Positions 42,061 through 60,428 of a stretch of DNA of 64,000 nt are shown piece by piece. The translations under genes and the position numbers were made by a program. The DNA is taken from NCBI RefSeq assembly GCF_009914755.1, contig NC_060928.1. One strand, written 5' to 3'. Each line of letters starts with the position of its first letter. Positions within the stretch are counted from its first letter, which is position 1. The DNA comes from the human T2T-CHM13v2.0 reference genome, Homo sapiens. The notes below the pieces were generated by a model. It searched no databases, was not told where the DNA came from, and saw only the letters and a list, made by a program, of their open reading frames with translations.

Positions 42061-42514
42061 CCGTTTTCCAGTTTAGGAAAAAAATAGTGCAGCTCACAGC
42101 CAGCACTCATTTAATTTTACATAAATACACTCTTTGAGGCTGAAGCAAATCTGACTCATTTTCAGTGTGAACATACATTCTATAAACTCTTCTTGGAGTT
42201 ATTTCTAAACAGAGCTAATATCAGAATCATCTGAATCATCTAATTTAGAAAAATAGAATTTATCAAATTAACCTTCAGCCAACAACTGCTTGATAATAAT
42301 GTTAACATCATCGTGTATTTTCTAGGATTTGACATTTTCAACGATTGAAAATTTCTATATTTTGTAAATGGAAATAGCACCACTACAAATAGAATGCTAC
42401 AAATAGAATGATATTTTTCCGAAGTTGATATACCAGAGAAATGAAAAAATAATAATAAAAGCTAGATGTTTTGTGACAAAATTATCTTGAAGTAAATGCT
42501 TGATCATAAGAAAG
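42061..42514. mobile_element. MER75 piggyBac-family non-autonomous DNA transposon
   Basis: gtgcagctcacagccagcactcatttaattttacataaa...tttgaggctgaagcaaatctgac...ttcttggagttatttctaaacag; TTA left and TTAA right (42515-42518). Confidence 0.75.
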
Positions 42515-42879
42515 TTAATCAAAAAAAAAAAGAAAGATAGGAAAGAACAGCATTTCCTGTGTTCATACCACCCTGAAATGCCTCAGAAACGATCACTGCA
42601 AAAGTGCCTAAATGTTATTGGATCAGAATATGAAGTGATATATTCCCCAAGGACAATGCCAAAAGCAAAATATCAATCAGCCAATAATTTGTGACGGTTA
42701 AGAGCTAGACCGAGCTTGTAAAATTAACGAACAAAAAAACAGAAAAGAGTCAAAGAGTGTTCCTATTAAAACCGCTGTTACTCTAGGGCTTGTGAAAATG
42801 CCCAAGGGTTCACTTTCTGAGTAGAAATTCCATGGAAATAACACTGCAATGTAAAGAGACTTCATTAAAATAGTCCATC

Positions 42880-44460
42880 TATTCACCAAACAAATTAACA
42901 ATGAAAATTAAAAGAAAATGGGGATATAATTTCCAGAGTAATTATATTATTTAAAATATTGAGGATTAACAAATTTAAACAAGTGTACAAAGAAATAGGA
43001 AAGTGGGACTGCTATATGGGGAAAACGGGCAATAAAACATGCCTGTGAAAGGAATGAGTTGGGTCGGGTGGAGTGGGTCACACCTGTAATCCCAGCACTT
43101 TGGGAGGTCGTGGTGGGTGGATCGCTTGAGGTCAGGAGTTCAAGACCAGCCTGGCCAACATGGTGAAATCCCATCTACTAAAAATACAAAATTATACGGG
43201 CCTGGTGGTGCATGTCTATAATCCCAGCTACTTGGGAGGCTGGGACAGGAATTGCTTGAACAAGGGAGGTGGAGGTTGCAGTGAGCCAAGATGGTGCCAC
43301 TGCACTCCAGCCTGGGCAATAGAGTGAGACTCTCTCTCAAAAAAAAAAAAAAAAATGAGTTGTAGATTTAGTAGGCAAAACTTTAAATTAGACATTATAA
43401 ATATACTCAAAGACCTAAAGGAAACCACACATAAAGCTGAAAATTAAGCTATAATGACAATGTCACATTGTCATTATAAGTCACAAGAAATAGAAGTTAT
43501 ATGTTTTTCAAAGAACCAAGTGAACATACTGGAATGAAAATATAATAACAGACATAGAGATTGCATAAGCAGGATTCTGCTTCATGTTTGAGGCAGATGA
43601 ATAAGAGCCAAAAAAATGCCGAAGAGAGATCAATAGAGATTATATAATCCAAAGAACAGAGAAACAAAGAATGAAGAGAAATACACAGAACCTTGTAGAC
43701 TTTTGGGACACACTTAAGCACAGCAACATATGCAAAATAAGAGTACCACGTGAAGAAGGGAAAGATTCAGTGAAAAATATTCATAAATAATGCCCCAAAC
43801 ACCCCATTAACTATTTTAAAAACACTAATTTATGCATTTCAGAGGTTCTATAAATTCTTAGTTTAGGGTAAACACAAAAAGATCCAAACAGAGACACAAT
43901 AAGTTGAAAGCTAAAGAAAGAAAATTATAAGGCACAAAGACAAAAACAAGTAACCACATATAAGGGAACTCAGATAACATTAATAGCTGACTACTCATCA
44001 GAAACAATGCTGCCCCTAAGGCAGTGGTATGTCATATTCAAAGCACTGAAAGAAAAAACTGCCAATCAAAAATTATTTATACTACAAAATCATCTTTAAA
44101 AAAAATGGTGAAATAAAGACATTTCTAAACAAACAAAAACAGAAAACTATTGCTAACTAATCTGTCTCACAATAAATTCTGAAGAAAGTGTTCCAGGCTA
44201 AAAGTAAATAAACACAGAAAGCAGTGCGAACTTAATATAAAAGTGCACCTGAATAAATAATTATGTAATTTTAACAGATAATATAAATTCATATTTATTC
44301 CACTTTCTTAACAAATTTAAGAAGCAAATATATAAAGCATATATATATATAGTTGTCATGCTGAATATTTAATTTATATATATGTAATATATTTGTTAAT
44401 AATAGCCCTAGGTAGGTATGTGGACGCAAAACTCTATTGCAGTAAGAAATGACACCAAGA
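42880..44460 (+). mobile_element. Ancient L1M ORF1-region fragment (interrupted by an Alu)
   Basis: atagctgactactcatcagaaacaatg...ggtgaaataaagacatttctaaacaaacaaaaac. Confidence 0.7.
43062..43353 (+). mobile_element. AluS (Sx/Sz-like)
   Basis: Full dimer with poly-A; TSD AATGAGTTG on both sides. Confidence 0.95.
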
Positions 44461-45574
44461 GGAGCGGGAGATCGGGAAGGATGGAGGGCAGGAAGGAGGA
44501 ATGTGGGTTAGTGAAGGTCCCTCCACAGGGACTTGCCGCCATTAACTCTGCTGCCTCCAGCACAGCTTCAGCGTCTCTGAGCTGATGCAGCAACTTTGAT
44601 ATTTGAATATTTATAAAGCAGTTTTTAGTTTTATATCCTGTATAACATTCTTGTAATCACCTATACTAATTTTTTGATGCAAATGTGTAGTTACTTTTAA
44701 AACTCAGATAGCAAGTACACGTTAAAAACTTGTAGATTATACACTAGTTTATGAAGATTGCTTGGTAATTCCAAAATCAGTACCACATGTTGGTACTAGG
44801 CATGTACTACATGGCTTAGCTATAGCAGACCATATAAACCACTGCTGTCAACGCTTTGGATTGTGCCACTGAAGAGTTAAGAGCCAGCAGAATGAAATTT
44901 AGCATCACCACAAATTTGGGATATTTTAAACAGACCTATTATTAAAGAACTGCCAATCAGTCTTTTCCACCTTTAAATAATTTCCAATTGTAGCACATGC
45001 GATATTATTCTGCACATATGGGAAAAAAAGTCACTTGAATTTTTTTCTTGGAAAAAGTGCTTAATAATTTGTAATCGGAAACAAATTATATGTGCCTTTT
45101 AAGCAGATTAATGTATTTCTCAGACATAGATGATTGATAGATTTGCTTTCTTTGTAAATCATCAGATATGGGAATATAACTTATGAAACAAGTGAATATA
45201 AGTAAACTCACTCCCTTTTCATTGCTTTAGAAATGAAAAGCTTAACATTATTTGGAAGTTGAAAGTGAATGTAGTAAATACATTAATAAAAAGGGTGGGG
45301 ACCATTAGTAATTTTTTACTCATCTTTACACTGGAATTATGTCTGCCTAATGATTACTTAAATATTTGAATGTTTCATTTATTATCTCAATATCTAAGTC
45401 ACTTTGTATAAAACATCATGATTTTATTTAATCTGATTTAATATAAAATCAAGTCAAGGAAATATAGATGTTCTGTTCACTTCAGTCTTCTGGTAGTTCT
45501 CATTACTTAACCTGCCTTGTCCTCATTTCCTTATCAGCCATATGGAAAGCATTTTAGTAGATGATCTCCATCTT

Positions 45575-45877
45575 TTTATATATGTATATATTTTTGAGAC
45601 GGAGTCTCTCTCTGTCGCCTGGGCTGGAGTGCAGTGGCGCAATCTCAGCTCACTGCAACCTCTGCCTCCTGGGTTCAAGCAGTTCTCTGCCTCATCCTCC
45701 TCAGTAGCTGGAATTACTGGCACCTGCCACCACGCCAGGCTAATATTTTTTATATTTTTAGTAAAGACACAGTTTTGCCATCTTGGCCAGGCTGGTCTTG
45801 AACTCCTGACCTTGTGATCCACCTGCCTCAGCCTCCCAAAGTGGTGGGATTACAGGCTTGAGCCACCGCGCCCAGTC
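45575..45877 (-). mobile_element. AluS (Sg/Sc-like)
   Basis: tttttgagacggagtctc...gagccaccgcgcccag. Confidence 0.93.
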
Positions 45878-45944
45878 CCTTTTTAGAATTCTAACAGACA
45901 TGCTCTAATTTGAATTTGACTCATAAAACAAGGTACTTTCTTTC

Positions 45945-46168
45945 TTTCTTTTTTTTGAAGTTTTAAGTTCAGGGGTACAAGCGCAGGTTTGTTACATAGG
46001 TCAACGTTTGTCATGGGAGTTTGTTGTACACAAGATTTCATCACCCAGGTATTTAGCCAAGTACCCATTAGTTATTTTTCTCTATCCTCTCCCTCCTCAA
46101 ACCCTCCGCTCTCTGAAAGGCCCCAGTGTGTGTTGTTGTCCTCTATGTGTCCATGTGTTCTCATCAGT
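45945..46168 (-). mobile_element. Short L1P 3'UTR fragment in the acceptor region of relic exon 4
   Basis: ttttaagttcaggggtacaagcgcaggtttgttacatagg...gtccatgtgttctcatca. Confidence 0.85.
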
Positions 46169-46187
46169 AGGCTCACCTATCTATATG

Positions 46188-49961
<3,774 letters not shown>

Positions 49962-50427
49962 AGAGTAGCACTGTTTGAGATCTAAGGCAAGCAGGCATGA
50001 TAGGGAAGGTCATGACATTTAATGCCACCACTAGTCATCAAGGTGTGGCAAAATTATCCTCTATATTTCACAAGACTTGTGCTTTCCTGATTTATTCGAA
50101 TATTTTACTCTCATTAAACATTAAGTAATATATAATTATAATTTTAGAAAACCTAAAATAACTCAATGTTAATGCTTATTTATGTATATTTCTAAACTGA
50201 AAAAAAACGAGATTCACTGAAAACTCAGGCTGTTTATTTGAGAAGGTCAGAAATAGTGTGTTTCTACTGTGCATTTTTAGAAAACCCTTTTTTATTTTTA
50301 TTTTATTTTTTATTTCCAACATTTATTGTAAATTCAGAGGTACATGTGCAAGAGGTATAGGTTTGTTACATAGGTAAAAAAACACTCTTGTATAAACAAA
50401 TACAATGATATGGACTATATGTGTCCC

Positions 50428-50825
50428 TGTCAAGAAAAACAGAGCAAAACCCTTCTTAAAAATGGCAAGACACATTTTATTCTGACTGGTGAATTAGGGG
50501 ATAGAGACTACAGTATAAATTGAGCTCAACTCTAATTAAGACAAAGGTAACTGGGGCTTTTAAAGAGAAAACCGATATGACTAAAAATGACGAAAACATA
50601 AAGGAGCTAGGAGGTTATATGAAAATGGAATATTACATAAAAATTCAGTGTGAAATAATTGAAAATTATTAGGTAAGGTGGGTTAGGCAGTGTATATTTT
50701 GCAGTTTGGCAGGATCATATTCCTTTGAGCCAAGACCTACCATGGAAGCTAGGGTGGCCTTTAAAGACAAATTCATGACCTAGTGCCCATATAAGCTAAG
50801 CTAAACTTGGCCCAGTCTCTTAACA
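50428..50825 (-). mobile_element. ERV1-type LTR (MER67/MER31-like)
   Basis: aaaatggcaagacacattttattc...gagactacagtataaattgagctcaac...; tgt...aaca termini. Confidence 0.45.
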
Positions 50826-53800
50826 TGGTGTTTATGCAAGTCTTTTGTGTTACGTGGGAGTGTAAAATTCAAGTCCTTCATGAAATACAAAATATTTCTT
50901 AATGGGAATATTCTGTGTTTCAAAATTATTAACGGTCGTAACTGACTTCCTATCCAAAACTGTGCAACCTGGTAAAAATCCTTGGTTAGAAAGACAAAAG
51001 ATGTTTTCCACATGAGGCCTGGAATATGCTTGAGTTACTATTTTCACTTTAGTAACAACCCTTTGTAATGGGATAATAATACACAAAATAAAAGAAGAGG
51101 ATAGTTCCCTTTAGTTAGTAATTGGAGATATGGTTCAGCAAGTTTAGTCCAGTCCCTCTAGATTATAATGTTACATGATTTCTCTCCTGCAATAATATCT
51201 CACTATTTCTTAGCCTTAATTTGTCAAGTCAGACATTTCCAACTTCTTTAATACCTGGAATACTGAGGATACACAAACCACAAATATATATATAATCATT
51301 TTACTTATTCTCCCCTCATAAATATGGAAAAATAAATTGTAGATGGAATAAAAAGCCAAATATCCTGTGCAATAATTTTTAAAATCTATGTTGAAGAAAG
51401 CATAATACATAGCAAAAAGCTCTCTAAATCCTGCCTTTAAAGATTGGTCATTACGGCCTCTGGATTCAGAGAAAGGTTTACAAAGCAAGTCACAGCGAAG
51501 AAAGAAACCAACTTAGAGCAGTTCTTCTGTCTGACAAGAGATGTGCCTGAACAATCGGATGGAAGAGAGGCATAGTGATCATTGTAACATATGAAAAAGA
51601 TTTTTATAGTATACTTTTCTATGAAAAAAATATTTTTAGCAACAATTGGTTATAAAACAAATTATTTTAATGTCTAGAAAATAAATATACAGTGAATATT
51701 TTACTTTATTAAACTTTGAACATATAATCATGCCACTAGAAAGGAAAAAAAAACAAAGCACAAGAAAGGAAAAAAGTAATGCATTCGTGCGCTTTAATTA
51801 TAGTAATGTCTTTTTTTAAAAGAGGGAAAAACTTATGGATAAATATTAGTCTGAGGCAATAATGATGCTCAGCATGTACTACAAAAGATAAATTCTGGTC
51901 TGTTTATATTTTCTTAATGAAATATCTTCTGAAAATGTATCAGAATATATCAGAATATACTTTCTTAACAAAGTACGTTCTTAAAATAGATCTTCTTTGA
52001 AATTCTTAGACCATATATCCAATACATATATCTATGTCTATCCATGATTTAACAAATAATACTTTCACCAGTTTAATTCTGAGAAGCCTTTTTACATAAA
52101 GTGATATGTACTTATATATTTAGGAAAATATGTGAACATGAAGGTATGCTTGATGGAGAGTCATAAAAATTCCATGGTAAATTGGATTACAAAAATTGCA
52201 ATAATATGATGTGTCTGCTTCCTGGAGATTGATTCTACAAGCATTTAAATATCTCAGCAGTTAAAAAAATTTAAACACAGAAACTCTAAGCCATCACATA
52301 GAATGATATAATTGATATAACATTCTTCATATTTGTGATATTCTTTTTAAAAAAATTTTTGAATATGCTGCATAAAGACAGGGATATGTAAGCACCACAG
52401 AAGTTGAACACAAAAATAAAATAATTGTAAGTTTTATCTTGGAAATAACATATGAAGCTGAATCTATCTATGTCAAGGACAAATGATTTATGTAGGAGTT
52501 TTCGGAATTAATTTCCTTGCAGAATGAGATACTTCTTAAAAGATAAAACAAATGTGCTATTAGAAGTTTTCCTCTTACATTCTTTAAGTATATTATTTAC
52601 TATTCATAAGTATAGTCATTAATATACATATTCTTAAACTCCAACATTAATGATAAACATTACTGAGTACCTAAAGAGTGGGTCCTTGAAAGGGATGTGC
52701 CTTCCTACATCAACCACGTCACTATCACTGCAGTGTCCTCTATTGATGAAGCTTAACATTCAACTAGCTGGCACAGGGGGAATGCTTACAGGATCCTGAT
52801 TCAGTATCATAAAGCTATATTTGGATCCAAGGGACAATAAATTGAACACTAGTGAGGCATAAAATTTCAAATTTCTCATTTGTTATTATTCTAAAAATTG
52901 TACCCTTGGGCACTGAATCTTGGTAAAGTTCGGGTGAGTAGGAGGCAGGACTTTCTTTTGAAAATAACGTTTTTGAAAGTGGGGGCATATAGAGGTTTTG
53001 ACAAAGGTGAGCTTAGAGTTGCCCACTGAGTTCACAGTTCCACTGGTGGTCACTTGCCTAATGTTCAAATGTATAATAAGAATTGCTATACTAGTAGGTT
53101 GGATTTTTGATTTCTGTAGTTGCTAGCTTGGACTTGGTTAGAGGGATTCTTCTTGTGCTGGGCCTATGTGTGCCCTTCACTTATCACCACTCTATTCATA
53201 CTCCCAACAAACCAGCACTGGAGTTGCCAGTTATTTGGTGCTTTACCTATGATAAATATGAATTTTTGCCAATTCAAAGTATATGAAGACATATCATTGA
53301 TTTCATTGTTAGTCCCTAATTAATAAACTGATTAATCACTTTTGGGTTTATGATCCAGTCAGAACTTTGTTCATGTACTGCACTCATTTTGTCAAGTGAT
53401 ATTTTTCATTAGATTCTTCTTTAGTATAGAGACTTTATTAAGGATAAATTTGTTAGTCATAAGAGATCCAGAATCCTAAGTCATCATGACCATGGCTCAG
53501 AGTGACTAACAAATAAACAAAATTAATAAAGGTCAGATAAACAAGTAAAAATTAATGAATAATCCTTAGTCAGATAAGGTGAACTTTGCAGTTGGATTCA
53601 TCAATAATAATGAAGAAATGCAGGTTGCAAGAGGTAGGACAGAATGAAATAAAAATTGAGACAATCACATTGAATCAGGGCATAAATACTTTAACAAAGC
53701 ATATAATGGGAAGTTAAGACCAAGAAAACAACTAGAAACAAGAGAGCTTTGAAAGAAAAACTAATCAGGAAAGCTCTAATGGAAGGTGTTAACAAGCAAC

Positions 53801-53903
53801 ACTTTTAGATTTTAATCAGTTTACTGGTAATTTCGAGAGCATTAAGTGATTCTTCTTGGGGGCTGTATGACTCTTTCATCTCCGAACATTTAAATCATGC
53901 TTA

Positions 53904-54392
<489 letters not shown>

Positions 54393-54594
54393 TCAATTGT
54401 CTCTGCTGCAGTCTAGGGAGATCTCTAGTTTCACACACTTTTTCCTTATTTATTTTTTAACAGGATGCCACTGCACCCGGTAGAGTAAATATTGTTCCCT
54501 GCTTCTAAGACTATGTCTCATCAGTTTTCCTCCCAAAAGTCACTTTGTAACAGCTCTTACAAGCATCTAGTCACAGAATTCCCTCTGATTTTAA

Positions 54595-54993
<399 letters not shown>

Positions 54994-55964
54994 TAAATGG
55001 GAAAGAATTGAGCCACTTAGGATCACCTCAGTATTCTATGCCATATGATTAATTTGAGGCCTGTTCATAGGAAACCTATTTTATATTTAAAATATCTATG
55101 AATAAATATTTTACAATGCATAATAAATGTTTCAGTAGTCATAAAATTTAAATTCACACAATTTTATGATTTTACTGTGTTTGTAATGTCAATATGTAAT
55201 GAATTTGCTGGTTCCTTAATGGCTTCTGTTGACTAATTCAACAGCTTATATTTTGGTGACTTTGAGACATGACTGCAAATACTTTGACATTCTAATCAAA
55301 CCATGGTCCCTTTCCCTTGAACTTTAGCAAGGCCTGTGGCTGTCTCAGCGAAGAAAGCATAGTGGAATTGACAGCATAATTTTGAAGACTGCATTAGAAA
55401 AGGCAGTACATTATCTCTGTCTGTCTCGTTTTCTCTGTCTGTCTGTCTTTGTTTTTACTTATGTATCTTTCTTCCTCTCTCTCTCTGTCCTTCTCCTTCT
55501 GTCTCTTTTTCTCCCTCTGTACACTTTGGAGCCCTGTGTTACAGCAAAAGTCCTGATGATAAATGACAGTTTGGGAAGGGGAGCACAGAGGAGACTAGGA
55601 AGTCAGGATTATTCAGTCAAAAAGGAGTTTCAGTCTTTTGACATCAATCACTAAGTATGTCAATGAATGACCTTCAGATGATTACATCCCCAGCCACCAC
55701 AGGAAAGTAACGACTTGAGAAATACTGTGTATGAACCACCTGCTGAGCCTACCCAACACTCATGCTATGAGAGTTCTAATAAAATGCTTATTGTTTTTCA
55801 AAGTCCCCACTTTTGAGGGTAGTTGGTTATGAAGTGATAGATAACTAAAATGATATTTCTAAAAATTTAATTATACATTCATAATAATATACAATTAATA
55901 TAGAGGCAAGAAAATGAAAACTACAAATGTAACATTTTGAAAATAACTGTAACTCAGAAAGGGA

Positions 55965-56190
55965 GGTCAGCATAGCATGGTGGTTAAGAGCTCTTGCACT
56001 CTGGATCCAGTTAGCCTGGATTCAAGTCCCTGCAAAACCACTACAGAATTTTGTGGGGTTTGGCAAGTTGCCTCCACTCTATGCCTCAAATTCTCCATCA
56101 GTGAAACGGAGATGGAGTAATGCCATTATCTACCTCAGGTGGCTGATGAAAGGACTGATACATTAACCTGGTAAAGCACTACAGTTGCTG
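55965..56190 (+). mobile_element. MIR (paralog of 40335-40560)
   Basis: cagcatagcatggtggttaagagc...ggcaagttgc...ctctatgcctca. Confidence 0.8.
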
Positions 56191-56719
56191 TATGTAACAA
56201 ACTAAATTTGCATTAATTATAATAATTATTAAGTAGACAGAAAAATTTCCACAATGATTTGAGTCCTTACCTAAATTGCCTCATATATTTTTAAATGTAT
56301 CATGCTTCAAATGTAAATGATAAAAATGACAGCATTTGCTATTTTAAATATGTCAGAATTAAATTTATGATAATTTAATTCACCAAGGGCTGACAAATCA
56401 GTTGGGTCCTCTGGGCAAAATTTGGTCAGCCACATATTTACATGTTTTTATTCAATATTTGAGGTAAAATTACATAAAATAACATGTACTATTTTAACCA
56501 TTTAAAAGTGAACAATTCAGTGGCATTCACAGTATTGTGTATCACTTCAATCTAGATCCAAAACTGTCACCAACCTAAAAGGATGTTTATACACATTAGA
56601 CAGGCACCCTCCATTCGAGCTTGCCCTATCCTGGTAACATGGCATTTTCTGTTAAAATCATTCTGTTGTATATTAGAAGATTTTTTTAAAGACATAAAAA
56701 ATATGTTTTTTTCTTAATT

Positions 56720-58485
56720 CTTTTGGTGTTATGTATCACATTTGTTGGTTTGCATATGTTCAATCTTCCCTGCATCCCTGAGATAAATCCCAGTTCATCA
56801 TAGTGTATAATCTTTTTGATGTGCTGTTGAATTTGATTGGCTATTATTTGTTGAGAATTTTTGCATCTATGTTCATCAGAAAAGTTGGACAGATTTTTTT
56901 CTGTATTTTATTTTTTATTTTTTTACTCCCTCTTTCTGGTTTTGGTATCAATGTGATCCTTATCCCAGCCATAAAACCCTATTTTTTAAGGCATTCAATT
57001 CTCCTTCATGTTTTGGAAGAAACATTTTAGAAAAATGGTTTAACTATTTTTTAATAAAGTACATTTTTATGTGAGTTTTTATTACTGCTTCAATTTTGTT
57101 ACTCATTATTTCTCTGCTCATGTTTCTATTTCTTCATAATCCAATCCTGATTGGTTGTACATATCTAAGAATTTGTCTGTATACTTTAGATTTTTTAATT
57201 TTTTGGCAGGTACTTGTTTGTAATAGCCTCTTATAAACCTTTGTATTTTTGTGTATCAGTTGTTATGTATCCTTTTCATCTCTTATTTCATTTATTTCCG
57301 TCATCTCTTTTTGTAGCTATTCTAGCTGAAGCTTTTTCAATTTCTGTATTTAAAAAAACAATTTTTCTCTTGTTGATCTTTAAATATTTTCCAAATTTTT
57401 TTTAACTTTATATTTTCGGTGTTTCCTGAGCTCTTTTATAAAAAGATGTGCTCTGAATTCTCTGTCAGAAATGTTATATATGTTTATTTCTCCTACTGCA
57501 TTAGGTGAGTTCTGTTGTTTTTTAGCGGTGTTGTGTTTCCTTTCATCTGTACATTGCTATTTCCATGTTTAAAGAGATATCCACATGTTCTAGCTTTTAT
57601 AGGTGTATTCTTGTGTTGTTCAACCTTTACTATTTATTATTGGAATCTAATTCCTTGCCACCAGTTGCTTTTTGTTTGGGCAAGGACTTAATATTTGCCA
57701 CCAGAATTTAATACTGCACCAAAACTCAATATTTGCTCTAATGTTGTTTTCCAGTCTTGGGAGACTTATTGTGAGCATCTGAACTTAAATGCTGCACTGG
57801 AACTTAAACCCAGACTTGCAGTGATTTCTAGATCTGGGAGAAAATTAAACAATCATGGGAACTTGATTTCAAACCTTATGCTTGTTTCCCAGTCATGGAA
57901 AATCTCCACATGATTACCTGGGAATTGTAAAAAGTCTTATCAAAGATTCAGACCTTCCTTTAGATCTTGCCCCCTGCAGTGCTATCCTTCTGGTCAAACT
58001 CCTCAGTGTGGTATCCCTGTAGCTAGGTACACAAAGCAGATGCCAAGATCTGTGTGCCACTCACTGTGATTACTACTCTCACTTTTGTCTCCAATTTACC
58101 CCCGGTGGTTCAGCCCTCTGAACACTCTTCATACCTCCTGTGGGGTGGGACAAATGTGGGCTTTCCCCCAAAATTTACAGACCCATGAAGAAATTAAATG
58201 TCCACTTGAAATTTCCTCCTCCCATTTCAATAACTGCAGGTGAAAGGAAGTTATCTCACAGTGGTGTCATTTTGGTGTGTGGAAGGGGAGTGGTACAGTC
58301 CAAAAAAATTATTCATCTTACCAATCATAAGTTTTCTCAGGTCCGTGAGTCTTGAGGTTTTCTCCTTCTTTCTTGAGATCTGGTGAATTCAGAGTGGCAT
58401 TTGTGTATTTGGATAGCTACTAGTTATACTTTTGTGGGAGAATTGATGTTGGGTTTTTACAATTTTATTGTTTTGTTGACATCAC
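56720..58485 (-). mobile_element. Old L1M, internally deleted, retaining a 5'-end-like terminus
   Basis: Antisense ORF2 (tgcatccctgagataaatccc...ttttgcatctatgttcatcag); terminus ttgttgacatcac resembles an L1M 5' end. Confidence 0.65.
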
Positions 58486-58839
58486 AAAGTGTCAACAAAT
58501 TGACACTTGATATTGTTGAAATAGTTTTATGAGTTTGCAAACCATTATGTTTTTAGAATTTGATGTCTACCAAATATTAAATGAGTTGGACATTTCTCAC
58601 TTAAATGTTCTGTATAATTATCGGGTTGTGTGCTGCTTCTAGTAAATAATTATTATATACTGAAGCTATATGTTTCTAACACAAACTTTATAATTTCTGT
58701 TCTAACATGCATCTCAGAATATAGGGACAATATAGCTATATGTATGACAACTTCAAAATTTTATTTTAAAAGTATACATAAACTATATTATTTTATGTGG
58801 TATTGCATCTTTATAATGAAGACAATTTTTTCTCTGGAG

Positions 58840-60428
58840 AAAATGGAAGAATTTGCCCAGAGCTCTGATGAAGACGGTGTTGTGTTTTCTCTGGAGTCAG
58901 CTGTGCAAAACCTTACAGAAGAAAAAGCTGATCTTATCACTTCGGCCCTGGCTCAGATTCCACAAAAAGTCAGTACAACCTCCAATCCTTATAAGAAACT
59001 ATTCACACAATGGAGAAAGTATGGCTTTCCACCTGGAACTTGAATCTCATTTTTCAATTTGCATAACAGGCACTAGATTTATGTAACAATTTGGAAAGTA
59101 TTATGGTAGTTTATGTGAGCACAACTGATTATTTGTCTAGTGATCTTTGCTATTACTTTAGTAACACATCTCTTGGTTGTCGTTTGTTAATAATAAAGTA
59201 AAAATAAAGCATTAAGTCCCTATTTCACGTTGCAGGATTTGAAATCTTAAGACCTATTCTGATGACTCCAAAGGAAACTTCTTAAGTATACTAGCTCAAA
59301 GGAACCTAAACTTTGGGGGATGATATAAGAAAGATAGAGAAGAATCATGCTCAATATTATCTTCAACATATTTTATTGTATAGGAGCTCTATTCAGTGTG
59401 TTTGAACATAAAAGTAGAAGCTTAGATTTATGTAGTCTTTCTAATGAACTGGAGTTTTCTATAGTTACAAGGCAATTATGATTTTAATATTACAGTCTAA
59501 CAACCTGCATGTAATACTTTATGATATTCAATTAATTTTATTACTGTAATTCTAGTTTTCCTCTCTTTAGTTAGTGCTATTTATACACTAGCCTCAAGGG
59601 TTACTTTTTAAAATTTTATGTTTAAATTTCAAAACACTCAATAAAAGCCAGTATGCTAATTAGGAATGTGAAATTAGTTTTGATTATGAGATTCTCTTTT
59701 TGGGAGTTCAGAATATCTATGTAATCCTTTGTTTTCAAGTGTAAGATTTTCATATAGGTTTCCAGAAAGAAAAAAGTATGGAATTAAGGTACAAATACAA
59801 ACAAAATTCAGCCTTGAACAATGAAGTATAGGTAACTTCTGTCTCTTTCTTTTTTGATTAAAAATAAATGAAATAAAGGAGAGAATGAAGCATAAAGAGA
59901 AAAGACAACCAACTATCCAAAACCAGACAAAAGCCAAAGCAATGTTTGTCTCTGGGAAACTGTAAATTTGATAATAGAGCTAGAATGGCCAAGTGATTTA
60001 CATTTACACAGCAGTTGTGTGTCCACAAGGATATTTAACTTCCATATGCTGACAAATTAGCCAAGACTGCTTATTTGTTGTTATTTATATAATCTCCTAG
60101 ATGCTTTGAGTTTGCAGTAAACAAAATAATAAATGGTATACTTAATAGTTGAATAGTGTACACCCTTTTGACTGTGAACAATCCTACTATTTCTTTCAGT
60201 GATTACAAAGGACCCTTATATATCCCTGTCTCAAATATCATCTGAAATAGAATGGATTGTATGAATTATAATGCTCTGAAAACTCAAAATGCTATTATAT
60301 TGTGGTTTAACTTGTGAAATGCATACATTTTCTTCCTCAGGTTTTATGGAGATTCAAAGGAAAGAAACCAACTACATTAGGTGCCAATACTCAGCTCTAT
60401 GTTTGGATATGCCAGAGTGATCTTCATG
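58840..60428 (+). pseudogene. UGT2A-like (UGT2A3/2A1-type) pseudogene relic D: exon 3 (58840-58968) and exon 4 (60341-60428)
   Basis: [43 protein letters not shown]|gtcagt and [29 protein letters not shown]|gtaaga. TEEKA.LI.SALAQ and KGKKP.TLG are UGT2A-type; core motifs ([12 protein letters not shown]) are degraded. Confidence 0.88.

Noticed and set aside
42947-43428. Alu-derived ORFs (also 45523-45822, 48817-49026, 53901-54996)
   Set aside because: Standard Alu translation artefacts.
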